A DNA stretch of 64,000 bases from a virus: IMG/VR virus record IMGVR_UViG_3300021093_000007, one strand, 5' to 3'. A model generated the notes under the pieces. It did not search any database. It was not told the DNA's origin and worked only from the letters and a program-made list of their open reading frames with translations. Made by a program: the position numbers and the translations under genes. The stretch's first letter is position 1. Every line of letters begins with the position of its first letter. This document shows positions 10,640-20,989 of the stretch, piece by piece.

Positions 10640-12223
10640 ATGGCAGCAATTATAACTGATTTATTGAGAGTTAAGAACGCAAGAGCTTTCATCGATAAAA
10701 TTAGGGACCCTAGTAATTCTTACTATACTTTTATTGGACTTCCCAATGCAGATGAAGTTCAAGATAATTGGAATACTAGTCCACCGTCTCCACGAGACTG
10801 TTTTGATGATACCAATTTTTATTGGGACACTATGGTTGCGTTGAAAAAAATTGCTGCTGATGATGTAAGACCAGTTGTTAGAAAAATACAATGGGCTTCA
10901 GCTACAATTTATGATATGTATCGTCATGACATTAATAGAAATAATTTATCAAAACCATCTAATAAAACAAGTTTATATTCTTCAAACTATTTTGTTGTCA
11001 ATAGTGAATTTAGAGTTTATATTTGTTTAAATAATGGTATTGATCCAGAAAACCCAAATGGAAAACCTTCTCTTGATGAACCTAAATTTACGGACTTAGA
11101 ACCAAGAGCAGCTGGTACTAGTGGTGATGGTTATATTTGGAAATATCTTTATACTATTAGTCCAAGTGATGTTATTAAGTTTGACTCCCTCAATTTTATA
11201 CCTCTTCCAGTAGACTGGGAAACAAATGCAGATTATTTACCAGTTAAAAATAATGCAGAAACAAGTGGTCAATTAAAAACTATTACTGTAAAGAATAGAG
11301 GGTACTTAGTTGGTCCACCAAACACTACTTATACCAGAGTTCCTATTAAGGGAGATGGTCTTGGTGCAGAATGCACCATTGTAATCAACAATGACGCTAA
11401 AGTAGAATCAATTACAATCTCAAATGGTGGTTCTGGATATACCTATGCAAGTGTTGACTTAGTTGGAGGAAATGTGCCTACTGGTTCTTTAACTCCAATA
11501 TTTGATGTAATAATTCCTCCTCCTGGTGGTCATGGTGCTGATGTATATAAAGAACTAGGTTCTACAAATGTTCTTATATACTCTAGAATTGAAAATGATG
11601 ATCAGAATCCAGACTTTGTGACGGGCACTTCTGTTGCAAGAATTGGAATTATTGAAAATCCTCAAGCATATGAATCAAGCACAGTTATTACTGAAGATCG
11701 AGTTAGTTCTTTATTTGCCATTAAATTAAAAGGTTTAGCACCAAATGTAGACGATTATAGATCAACAACTTTTCAACAAAATGCATATATTACTCAAACT
11801 GTAGGAACTGGTGCCACTGCTATTGGTAGGGTTGTTTCTTATGATGCACAAACTGGTGTTTTAAAGTATTGGCAAGATAGATCTTTAGTTGGATTTAATA
11901 CAGACGGGACACAAAAATCAAACCCAACTTATGGTTTTAGACTAAATAAGTTTACGTCCACAGTTACAACTGGGGGTTCTTTAAGAATAATCGGTGGATC
12001 TAAAGACTTATATGTTGATGATGGATTTGGGACAGACAATACTCCAGGTATAAGTACTGTCATAAATAATAAAACATACTATTTGGGACAAACTTTTATT
12101 AAAGGAGTGGCTTCTCCAGAAGTACAAAAATATTCTGGAACCGTTCTGTATGTTGATAATAGACCTTCAATTACAAGGTCAGTGAATCAAAGAGAAGATA
12201 TCAAAGTTATTTTGCAATTCTAG
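10640..12223 (+). CDS. gp8: Baseplate wedge subunit gp8
   Basis: MAAIITD start, YDMYRHD, VYICLNNG, GDGYIWKYLYTI, C-terminal YVDNRPSITRSVNQREDIKVILQF typical of gp8. Confidence 0.9.
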   Translation: MAAIITDLLRVKNARAFIDKIRDPSNSYYTFIGLPNADEVQDNWNTSPPSPRDCFDDTNFYWDTMVALKKIAADDVRPVVRKIQWASATIYDMYRHDINRNNLSKPSNKTSLYSSNYFVVNSEFRVYICLNNGIDPENPNGKPSLDEPKFTDLEPRAAGTSGDGYIWKYLYTISPSDVIKFDSLNFIPLPVDWETNADYLPVKNNAETSGQLKTITVKNRGYLVGPPNTTYTRVPIKGDGLGAECTIVINNDAKVESITISNGGSGYTYASVDLVGGNVPTGSLTPIFDVIIPPPGGHGADVYKELGSTNVLIYSRIENDDQNPDFVTGTSVARIGIIENPQAYESSTVITEDRVSSLFAIKLKGLAPNVDDYRSTTFQQNAYITQTVGTGATAIGRVVSYDAQTGVLKYWQDRSLVGFNTDGTQKSNPTYGFRLNKFTSTVTTGGSLRIIGGSKDLYVDDGFGTDNTPGISTVINNKTYYLGQTFIKGVASPEVQKYSGTVLYVDNRPSITRSVNQREDIKVILQF

Positions 12224-12232
12224 TAAAGAGTT

Positions 12233-15200
12233 ATGCCACAAGAAACTAATTTAAACGTATCTCCGTATTTTGATGACTTTGATCCAAATAAGGGATATCA
12301 CAAAATATTATTTAAACCAGGATTGCCAATCCAATCTAGAGAATTAACATCTTTACAATCAATTCTTCAGAATCAAATTGAACAAGTAGGTACACATTTG
12401 TTTAAAGAGGGATCAGTTGTAATCCCTGGACAAATTAATTATAATAATTCTCTTTTTGCCGTAGAAATTGAAAAAGAATATCTTGGAATACCAATTTCAA
12501 GCTATGCTGAAGATTTAGTTAATGTGTATATTAGAGGACAATCATCAAACGTAAAAGCAAAAGTTGTCTCTAGTGTTGATCCAGAATTTTCTGCTAGAGG
12601 ATACTATACACTATTTGTAAGTTATGTTTCTACTGGTTCAGACGGAAAAGAAGTTTTTGATGATAATGAAGTTTTAAGTTTAGAAACGAATTTATCAACA
12701 TCTGTTATTAATTTTCAATCTGGTCAAGGGTTTGGCATTACAGCTGCTGTTAGTTCAACTTCAATAGGATCTGCAGTATTTTTATCTGAAGGTGTTTATT
12801 ATCTGAGGGGAACTTTTGTAAGAGTTAGTCCACAAACTCTAATTCTTGATGCACATAATCAGTTTCCTACTTATAGGGTAGGATTGGAGATCTTTGAAGA
12901 AATAATAACATCTGGTTTTGATCCATCTTTAACTGACAACGCAAAAGGATTTAATAACTTTGCAGCTCCTGGTGCTGATAGATTAAAAATTACTGCGGTC
13001 TTAACAAAAAAACCATTAGATTCTGAGAAGAATGAAAATTTTGTTGAGCTTTTAGTATTAAGACAAGGAAATATTCAACATATTGAAGACAAAACTCAAT
13101 ACAATGAATTAGCAGAAGAATTAGCTAGAAGAACTTATAATGAATCTGGAAATTTTTATGTGAAACCTTTTGCAATTACTGCAAGAGAATCATTAAATAA
13201 TCGAAAGGGTAACAATGGAATATTCTTACGTGGACAATTAACATATAATAATAATATTCCTGCTGAGGATTTAGGAACGTATAAAATATCTCCAGGTAAA
13301 GCTTTTATCCGTGGTTTTGAAGTAGATTCAAAAACAATACATTATTTAGATTTTGAAAAAACAAGAACAACTAAAACATTAGAAGACCAAGCAGTTAATT
13401 ATTTTACTGGTCCAACACTATCTTTAAACCGAGTTATTGGTGCTCCTAGAATTGGATTCAGCACATCATCGTCAATAAGTTTAAGAAATTCTAGAATTGG
13501 CATTACTTCAACAACATCTTCTGGAAAAGAAATCGGAGTTGCCAGAGTTTATGATTATGCTTTAGAGTCAGGATCGTATTCTTCTGTTGTTGGTGATTTA
13601 AATGAATGGGATATTTCGTTATATGATATTCAAACATATACTGATTTAAATTTAAATGAAGCAATAACTTTAACTGTTCCAACTTTTGTAGAAGGTAAGT
13701 CTAGTGGAGCAAGTGGACATTTAAGATTCAATACAACTACTGGAATTGCTACGGTATATTGCACTAAAGGATCTTTTGTAAGAGGTGAGAAACTAATCTT
13801 AAATGGTGTTGATAGTAATAGAATTATTACCAGTCCAATTGAATACAAAATATCAGACATAAAATCAGTATACAGTTCTGTTGGGGTGGGTCAAACCTTT
13901 AATGGTGATACAAAATTATCAAGTCTTCTCTCGATTGGTGTTGTAAACATTACTGGAAAATCTGGATCCGCTCCAGGAGTATCTACAGTAACTAGTTCTA
14001 ATATAGATTTTCGATTGATAGCAAAAGAGGGTGATTTTGTATCATTCAGCAATCCTCTACTTACAAACTTAAATACAAAAACATACGCTAGAATTTCTTC
14101 AATTATTAGTGCAAATAGTATAGTAATTGCTGGAGTAACTACTGTTTCAAATATAAATGATGGTGGTCTGCCAACTAGTAATATAACACCAACAGATTTT
14201 GAATTAATTGGTGCAAACTTAAGATCATCGATTGATAATACTCTATACACACCTCTTCCCAAAAAGTTTATTTCTAGTGTAGATTTAACTAGGTCTACTT
14301 TATCAATTAGAAAAGAATTTAATGTAATTATCACTGCCAATGCAACTAATACAATACAATCAGGAACAAATGAAACATTTTTACCATTTGATGAGGAAAG
14401 ATATGTTTTAATAAATTCCACTGGTGGTTTTGAAGAACTTACTGAAGATAAATTTAGATTTAGTAATGGTGGAAAAGAATTAAGAATATTTGGATTAAAT
14501 GTGGCTGGTTCTGCCAGATTAATTGCAACTCTTACTAAAATAAATGTATCTAATAAAGTAAAATCATTAAATAGAACTGGTTCTGTTATTGTAAATAAAT
14601 CAAAATTATCTGCTTCTGGAATTGGTTCTACAACTTTAGATGATGGTCTAACATATGGAAGTTATGGTTATGGTCTACGAGTTCAAGATAAGGAAATCTG
14701 TTTGCTTGAACCTGATGTAACAAAAGTTTATGGTGTATATGAAGCAAATGATACGAATAATCCGACTTTACCATCTATAAGTTTATTTAATCTTGATGGT
14801 CCAACTGGTAAGGTAGATGATTTCATTATTGGAGAAGAGTTAATTGGTTCTACAAGTGGAGCAGTTTGTCTTTATATTGAAAAAGTTGGAACTTCTACAA
14901 TAGGATTAGTATATTTAAACGATCTTAGATTTGAAATTGGGGAAACTGTTAGATCTGAGACAAGTGGAATTAGTGGGACAATAAATGACTTTGATCCTGG
15001 TGATGAAAATATTATTGAAAGATTTACTTTGGATGCTGGACAAAGAGAAACTATTTGTGATTATTCTAGATTAGTAAGAAAACCAAACACAAAAGAACCA
15101 AGAAGAAAACTAAGAGTTATATACGAATCAGCAACTTATAGTGATTCTACAGAAGGAGATATTACTACAGTATCTTCATATAATCAATTTAATTATTGCG

Positions 15201-18200
15201 ATTTACCTTTAATTAAAAATAATGAAAGAATAACGGATATACTTGATATTAGACCAAGGGTTCGCAAATTTAATTCTAGTTCTACTAGTTCTTCTCCATT
15301 TGAATTTTCGTCTAGATCTTTTGAAGATGGAACAAACTCTGCTAAAAATATTTTAGCTTCGGATGAATCTATTATTCTTACATATTCACATTATCTACCC
15401 AGAATTGATAAACTATTTTTAAAAATAGATGGAGGATTTCAATTAATTAAAGGGGTTCCTTCGGAAACTCCACTTCCACCAATTGCTTTAGAAGACTCAC
15501 TAGAAGTTGCTACAATAAATCTACCTCCATATGTTTGTAGCACAGAAAACTTACAAATAAGTTTAAATGCACATAAACGTTATAGAATGCAAGATATCTC
15601 CTTGCTTGAAGATAGAATTAAAAACTTAGAGTATTATACTGCATTATCAATTTTAGAATCGAAAACAGAATCATTATTCATTCCAGATGAAAATGGATTA
15701 ACTAGGTTTAAATCTGGAATTTATGTTGACAATTTTAGCAATACTAGATCACAACTAAAAATTGGTAAAATTACTAACAGTATTGATCCAACAACACTTG
15801 AATTGAGACCATCTCACTTCACAACATCCATAGACCTTTTAGTTGGTTCTAAATCTCTACTAGGAATTGGAACTACAGCAAGTCCAACAGCAGACCCTGC
15901 TTTTGTAACTGATATCATTGGATCAAATATTAGAAGAACAGGTCAGTTAATTACATTAGATTATGCAGAATATTTGCAGTTTACTCAACCATTTGCAACC
16001 AGAGTTGAAAACGTTACTCCATACCTAGTTGTAACTTATACTGGTAATATTCAATTATTCCCATCATCTGATATTTGGGTTGATCAAGTTAGATTACAAC
16101 CGCTTAGAATAGATGTTGATGACTACACTCAAACTAGACTTCAATTAGAGTATGCTGGATATGACCAACAAACAGGTTTAGGACCTGTTAGATGGGGAGC
16201 ATGGCAAGCTACTTGGACTGGATCTAGCACTGCTTCAACTAGTAATACCGTTGTAACTTCAACTAGCACTTCAAATACAGGTAGTGCATTAGTAACAACT
16301 AACCAATTACAAACTACAACAGTTACAACTACAACAAGAACAGGTACAGAAAACAGAAGTGGTACTCAGTTAAGAGTTTCTGAACAAATTCAAACCACGA
16401 ATGAAGGTGATAGAGTTGTAAGCACTTCTGTAGTTCCCTTCATGAGATCTAGAAATATTGAATTTACTGGAAGAAAGTTCAGACCATATACAAGACTTTA
16501 TGGATTTTTTGACGGTGAAGATGTAAACAACTTTATTATTCCCAAATTAATAGAAATAAGAATGATTAGTGGATCATTCTCTGTAGGTGAATTAGTTACT
16601 GGAACCATGACAACTGGTTCTACTACAGTAACCACTGGTTCTACACCATCAATTACATTTAGAGTAGCAACATCAAATCACAAATATGGTCCAATATCAA
16701 ATCCAACAGATGTATTTTTAAGAAGTCCTTATGATGAAAGTTATACAATACCAGCAAACTACTCAAGTTCTAGTATATTACTTAATGTTGATACTAGAAC
16801 CTTAGCGGAAAATAACCAATCACTATATCGTGGATTTATAAGAACAGGTATGAGGTTGAGGAGTGCTTCTGCTGAAGCAGAAGTTGTTTCTATTAGATTA
16901 TTCAGTGATAGTGTAGGATCTGTTCTTGGATCATTCTTTATACCAGATCCAAACTTACCATCAAATCCATCTTTTGAAGTTGGAACAAAAATTTTCAGAT
17001 TAACCTCACAACAATCGAATAGTACTTTAGGTGGTTTAACTTCTACTTCTGGACAAGAAGCATATTTTGCTTCTGGATCCATTAATAATATGCAGGAGAC
17101 TATAAGATCTACAAGAAAACCAAGATTTGATGTCGTTGCTGCTAGTGAAAGTAGACCAGCTACAGATGTTCAATCTACTACTACTGTAAGTAATTCAACA
17201 ACTCAAAGTATTACTCCACTACCCCCACCACCGCCACCACCACCGCCGCCAGCACCATCCCCGCGCCCAAATCCATCATTCCCTTCCCCCAGGAATCCGC
17301 CTCCACGTCCACCAAATCCACCGCCACCACCGCCACCACCGCCACCACGGCGACCACCACCACCACCACCACAGCCACCACCACGAAGAGGTGGTAAGGA
17401 TCCTCTTGCACAGTCATTCACTATTAATGATGATGGTGGGGCATTTATTACTAGTATTGAGGTTTATTTCAGAACTAAAGATTCGCTACTTCCAGTAACT
17501 GTTCAGTTACGTCCAATTGTTAATGGTGTTCCTTCTGAGGACATATATCCTTTTGGAGAAGCAATAGTAGAATCTGATAATGTTGTTGTGTCCGCTGATG
17601 CAACCCAACCAACAAAGATAACATTCCCAGCCCCAGTATATCTGCATTCAAATACCGACCATGCTGTAGTCTTACTATCAAATTCAAACGAGTACACTGT
17701 TTGGATTTCCAGAATGGGTGAAACTGATATTTCTACATTACTGCAACCAGAATCAAGACAGGTTATTGTATCTGCACAACCATATTTGGGATCTTTATTC
17801 AAATCACAAAATGGTTCTACTTGGACACCAAGCCAGTATGAAGATTTGAAATTTAATCTTTTTTCTGCTGGATTCCTTGCTGATTCTGGAACAGTATCAT
17901 TCTATAACCCAGAATTAAATACAGGTAATAGGCAAATTGCAACCTTAGTGAAGGATGCTTTAGAATTTGATGCCAAAAAATTAATTATTAGCACAGGTGA
18001 TATTATCAATACATCTTCATTAGTCATTGGTAATACTGTTATTCAAAAGAATACAAGTGCTAGAGGTGACTATGTTGGTGTTGGTGGCTCTGCATCAGGG
18101 TCATTAGTTATTGTTAATGCTGGTATTGGTTATACTCCATCAAATGGCACATCATTTACATTCAATGATGTACCTTTAAGTTCTTTTAGTGGTAATGGTA

Positions 18201-19885
18201 AAAATGCTACTGCAGATATTACCATTGGACAAGCAAGTGGAGTAAATGGCGTCGCTCTTGCAGCAACAATTAGAACTGGTGGATATGGATACCAAATTGG
18301 AGACGTTTTAGCAGTTCCATCAATTGGAAATAATTCTTTAGGAAGAAATCTTCAATTGTCACTATCAAGTGTCGTTGGTGTTAACCAGTTAATACTTGAC
18401 AATGTACAAGGAGAATTTGAAATTAATGCCGCCAAACCACTTCAGTTTGTAAGTGCATCGAGTGGAATAACAACTATACTTAATGCTACTGGAACAAATT
18501 CAGTTGTTAATGATTTTGAATTAGCATCTTTATCTGAAGATGGTTTACATATTAAAGTAAATCATAAAAATCATGCTATGCATTCTACAACAAACGTTGT
18601 AAGAATCAGTGGTGTCAAAGGAGATGTTAAATCAACTATATTAACAGCAGATTATAATAATTCAGATTCTGGTCCTATTAGTATTGCAAATACAACTGGG
18701 TTTGAAGTATTTGAAAATGTATCTATTGGAGCAACAAATCCAGGATATGCACTTTTAGACAACGAAATTATTTCATATACTGGCATTGCTAATGGTCAAT
18801 TAATTGGAATTACTAGATCAGTTGAAGGCACTGGTGCATTCAGTTATCCAAATAGAACTACCATTCAAAAATATGAAAATAATGGAATTTCTTTAAGAAG
18901 AATTAACAGACTTCACTATTTACAGGATGCTTTGGTTGAAAGACCTATTGATCTTGATAGTTATTACATCAGAGTTAATACTAGTGAAAATGGTATAGAC
19001 AGATCTTCTATTTCTGGATTCCCTAAACTTTATATAAATGCATCAAAATCAAGTGGTGGAGATTCTATCTTAGCAACACAAAATATTCAATATGAAACTG
19101 TAAACCCAATTGTTCAAACAATGGTTCTACCTGGAACCTCTGTAAAAGCAACTCTAAAAGGTATTACAGGAACAAGTGTTGATGGTGAGGAAATTTCATT
19201 CGTTGAAACAGAGGCAACCCCAATTAACTTAACAGAAGATACTTATTTACCAGAACCTAGAATAATCGCCTCTAGGGTGAATGAATTGGAACAAACAACA
19301 AACTTCCCTGGAAATAAATCCATGGAATTAACGTTTACACTAGCAACATCCAATTCAAAAATTTCTCCTGTGATCGATCTTGATAGAGTTGGAATGATTT
19401 TAGTATCCAATAGAATTGATAGTCCAATATCAGATTATATTAGTGATCCTAGGGTTTCTTCAATTAATGATGACCCATCAGCGTTTATCTATGCTAATCA
19501 ACCAGTTGAATTAGAAAACGCAGCTACTTCTTTAAAAGTTATATTTGCAGCATATGTAAACACTTTTAGTGATGTACGTGTATTCTATTCAATTAGTAAT
19601 GATCCATCTGCTGAACCAATTTACTATCCTTTCCCAGGATATGAAAATCTTGATATTAATGGGAACATTGTTAACCCAAGTCAAAATAATGGTAAACCAG
19701 ATAAAAATGTCCCTAAAACAGATATTTTATCTGCAGAGTCTGCAAATCTGGTATTTAGAGATTATGAATTTAGCATTGATTCCTTACCAGAGTTTAGATA
19801 TTTTAGTATTAAGATAGTTGGTTCTTCAACAAACCAAGCATATCCACCAAGAATCAAAGATTTGAGAGTAATTGCGCTTGCTTGA
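12233..19885 (+). CDS. Large virion structural protein (VrlC-like, DUF4815-type)
   Basis: N-terminus MPQETNLNVSPYFDDFD...FKPGLPIQSRELTSLQS, APGADRLKI, RYRMQDI..LEDRIKNLEYYT, DPLAQSF, C-terminal PPRIKDLRVIALA; follows gp8 as in cyanomyoviruses. Confidence 0.8.
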   Translation: MPQETNLNVSPYFDDFDPNKGYHKILFKPGLPIQSRELTSLQSILQNQIEQVGTHLFKEGSVVIPGQINYNNSLFAVEIEKEYLGIPISSYAEDLVNVYIRGQSSNVKAKVVSSVDPEFSARGYYTLFVSYVSTGSDGKEVFDDNEVLSLETNLSTSVINFQSGQGFGITAAVSSTSIGSAVFLSEGVYYLRGTFVRVSPQTLILDAHNQFPTYRVGLEIFEEIITSGFDPSLTDNAKGFNNFAAPGADRLKITAVLTKKPLDSEKNENFVELLVLRQGNIQHIEDKTQYNELAEELARRTYNESGNFYVKPFAITARESLNNRKGNNGIFLRGQLTYNNNIPAEDLGTYKISPGKAFIRGFEVDSKTIHYLDFEKTRTTKTLEDQAVNYFTGPTLSLNRVIGAPRIGFSTSSSISLRNSRIGITSTTSSGKEIGVARVYDYALESGSYSSVVGDLNEWDISLYDIQTYTDLNLNEAITLTVPTFVEGKSSGASGHLRFNTTTGIATVYCTKGSFVRGEKLILNGVDSNRIITSPIEYKISDIKSVYSSVGVGQTFNGDTKLSSLLSIGVVNITGKSGSAPGVSTVTSSNIDFRLIAKEGDFVSFSNPLLTNLNTKTYARISSIISANSIVIAGVTTVSNINDGGLPTSNITPTDFELIGANLRSSIDNTLYTPLPKKFISSVDLTRSTLSIRKEFNVIITANATNTIQSGTNETFLPFDEERYVLINSTGGFEELTEDKFRFSNGGKELRIFGLNVAGSARLIATLTKINVSNKVKSLNRTGSVIVNKSKLSASGIGSTTLDDGLTYGSYGYGLRVQDKEICLLEPDVTKVYGVYEANDTNNPTLPSISLFNLDGPTGKVDDFIIGEELIGSTSGAVCLYIEKVGTSTIGLVYLNDLRFEIGETVRSETSGISGTINDFDPGDENIIERFTLDAGQRETICDYSRLVRKPNTKEPRRKLRVIYESATYSDSTEGDITTVSSYNQFNYCDLPLIKNNERITDILDIRPRVRKFNSSSTSSSPFEFSSRSFEDGTNSAKNILASDESIILTYSHYLPRIDKLFLKIDGGFQLIKGVPSETPLPPIALEDSLEVATINLPPYVCSTENLQISLNAHKRYRMQDISLLEDRIKNLEYYTALSILESKTESLFIPDENGLTRFKSGIYVDNFSNTRSQLKIGKITNSIDPTTLELRPSHFTTSIDLLVGSKSLLGIGTTASPTADPAFVTDIIGSNIRRTGQLITLDYAEYLQFTQPFATRVENVTPYLVVTYTGNIQLFPSSDIWVDQVRLQPLRIDVDDYTQTRLQLEYAGYDQQTGLGPVRWGAWQATWTGSSTASTSNTVVTSTSTSNTGSALVTTNQLQTTTVTTTTRTGTENRSGTQLRVSEQIQTTNEGDRVVSTSVVPFMRSRNIEFTGRKFRPYTRLYGFFDGEDVNNFIIPKLIEIRMISGSFSVGELVTGTMTTGSTTVTTGSTPSITFRVATSNHKYGPISNPTDVFLRSPYDESYTIPANYSSSSILLNVDTRTLAENNQSLYRGFIRTGMRLRSASAEAEVVSIRLFSDSVGSVLGSFFIPDPNLPSNPSFEVGTKIFRLTSQQSNSTLGGLTSTSGQEAYFASGSINNMQETIRSTRKPRFDVVAASESRPATDVQSTTTVSNSTTQSITPLPPPPPPPPPPAPSPRPNPSFPSPRNPPPRPPNPPPPPPPPPPRRPPPPPPQPPPRRGGKDPLAQSFTINDDGGAFITSIEVYFRTKDSLLPVTVQLRPIVNGVPSEDIYPFGEAIVESDNVVVSADATQPTKITFPAPVYLHSNTDHAVVLLSNSNEYTVWISRMGETDISTLLQPESRQVIVSAQPYLGSLFKSQNGSTWTPSQYEDLKFNLFSAGFLADSGTVSFYNPELNTGNRQIATLVKDALEFDAKKLIISTGDIINTSSLVIGNTVIQKNTSARGDYVGVGGSASGSLVIVNAGIGYTPSNGTSFTFNDVPLSSFSGNGKNATADITIGQASGVNGVALAATIRTGGYGYQIGDVLAVPSIGNNSLGRNLQLSLSSVVGVNQLILDNVQGEFEINAAKPLQFVSASSGITTILNATGTNSVVNDFELASLSEDGLHIKVNHKNHAMHSTTNVVRISGVKGDVKSTILTADYNNSDSGPISIANTTGFEVFENVSIGATNPGYALLDNEIISYTGIANGQLIGITRSVEGTGAFSYPNRTTIQKYENNGISLRRINRLHYLQDALVERPIDLDSYYIRVNTSENGIDRSSISGFPKLYINASKSSGGDSILATQNIQYETVNPIVQTMVLPGTSVKATLKGITGTSVDGEEISFVETEATPINLTEDTYLPEPRIIASRVNELEQTTNFPGNKSMELTFTLATSNSKISPVIDLDRVGMILVSNRIDSPISDYISDPRVSSINDDPSAFIYANQPVELENAATSLKVIFAAYVNTFSDVRVFYSISNDPSAEPIYYPFPGYENLDINGNIVNPSQNNGKPDKNVPKTDILSAESANLVFRDYEFSIDSLPEFRYFSIKIVGSSTNQAYPPRIKDLRVIALA
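17216..17390 (+). repeat. Low-complexity CCA/CCG repeat encoding a ~58-aa poly-proline linker
   Basis: PLPPPPPPPPPPAPSPRPNP...PPPPPPPQPPPRRGG, a local GC-rich island. Confidence 0.9.
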
Positions 19886-19886
19886 T

Positions 19887-20123
19887 ATGAACGATACCTA
19901 TCATAACTATCATGTAAAAGTTGAAAATCATAGCAATCTCGTAAGAGATACACGCAGCAATGCAATTATCAACACCGATAAAAAAGGATATGATCATTAT
20001 AAATCTTTGAAAAAAACAAAATCTTTGGAAAAGATGAGGATAGATCAAATTGAGTCTGATTTATCCTCACTAAAAAATGATATTAATGAAATCAAAGATT
20101 TATTGAAGGCATTATTAAAATAA
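19887..20123 (+). CDS. Small conserved hypothetical protein with C-terminal coiled coil
   Basis: ATG at 19887, 1 nt after the VrlC-like stop; KVENHSNLVRDTRSNAIIN motif, heptad-rich end. Confidence 0.75.
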   Translation: MNDTYHNYHVKVENHSNLVRDTRSNAIINTDKKGYDHYKSLKKTKSLEKMRIDQIESDLSSLKNDINEIKDLLKALLK

Positions 20124-20145
20124 TAATCAATAAAGGTACTCAAGC

Positions 20146-20985
20146 ATGGCTCAACCAACATCTAGACAAGAACTTATAGATTACTGTAAAAGAAAACTTG
20201 GATATCCAGTCCTTGAAATAAATGTTGCCGATGAGCAAATTGAAGATTTGGTTGATGATGCTCTGCAGTTTTTTTATGAGAGACATTTTGATGGGGTAAC
20301 GCAGACATATTTAAAGTATCAAGTAACCCAGGAAGATATTGATAGAGGAAGAGCTAAATTTGGTGGTCCTGGTATAGCAGTAACTTCAACAACAACTAAT
20401 ATTGTTGGCGTTGCAAAGACATTTAATTATTTTGAAACTAGCAACTATCTTCAAATACCACCACATGTAATTGGTGTCAATAAGGTGTTAAGTTTTGAAG
20501 GTTCAAATTCAATTTCAAGTGGAATGTTTAGTATTAAATATCAGTTATTTTTAAATGATATTTACTATTGGGGTTCTGTTGAATTACTAACATATTCAAT
20601 GGTCAAAAGATATTTGGAAGATATTGACTTTTTATTAACTACACAAAAACAGATTAGATTTAATCAAAGACAAGATAGGTTGTATCTTGATGTAGATTGG
20701 TCTGCTCTTACACCAGGACAGTTTTTGATTATTGATTGTTATAGAATTTTAGATCCTACAGAATCACCAAGAATTTGGAATGATTCATTTTTAAAGCCAT
20801 ATTTAACAGCATTGATTAAAAAACAGTGGGGGCAAAATTTAATTAAATTCCAAGGTGTTAAGTTGCCTGGTGGAGTGGAATTAAATGGAAGGCAAATTTA
20901 TGATGATGGTGAAAAAGAATTAAGTGAGATTATATCAAAGATGTCATCTACATACGAATTGCCACCATTAGATATGATAGGTTAA
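20146..20985 (+). CDS. gp13: Neck protein gp13
   Basis: PTSRQELIDYCKRKLGYPVLEINVADEQIEDLVDDALQFF; KKQWGQNLIKFQGVKLPGGVELNG. Confidence 0.93.
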   Translation: MAQPTSRQELIDYCKRKLGYPVLEINVADEQIEDLVDDALQFFYERHFDGVTQTYLKYQVTQEDIDRGRAKFGGPGIAVTSTTTNIVGVAKTFNYFETSNYLQIPPHVIGVNKVLSFEGSNSISSGMFSIKYQLFLNDIYYWGSVELLTYSMVKRYLEDIDFLLTTQKQIRFNQRQDRLYLDVDWSALTPGQFLIIDCYRILDPTESPRIWNDSFLKPYLTALIKKQWGQNLIKFQGVKLPGGVELNGRQIYDDGEKELSEIISKMSSTYELPPLDMIG

Positions 20986-20989
20986 TCAT

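Noticed and set aside
13891-14421. 176-aa minus-strand ORF
   Set aside because: Lies wholly inside the VrlC-like gene, has no motifs, and is a codon-bias shadow
17203-17421. Gly-rich and Val-rich minus-strand ORFs
   Set aside because: Antisense shadows of the poly-Pro CCA repeat
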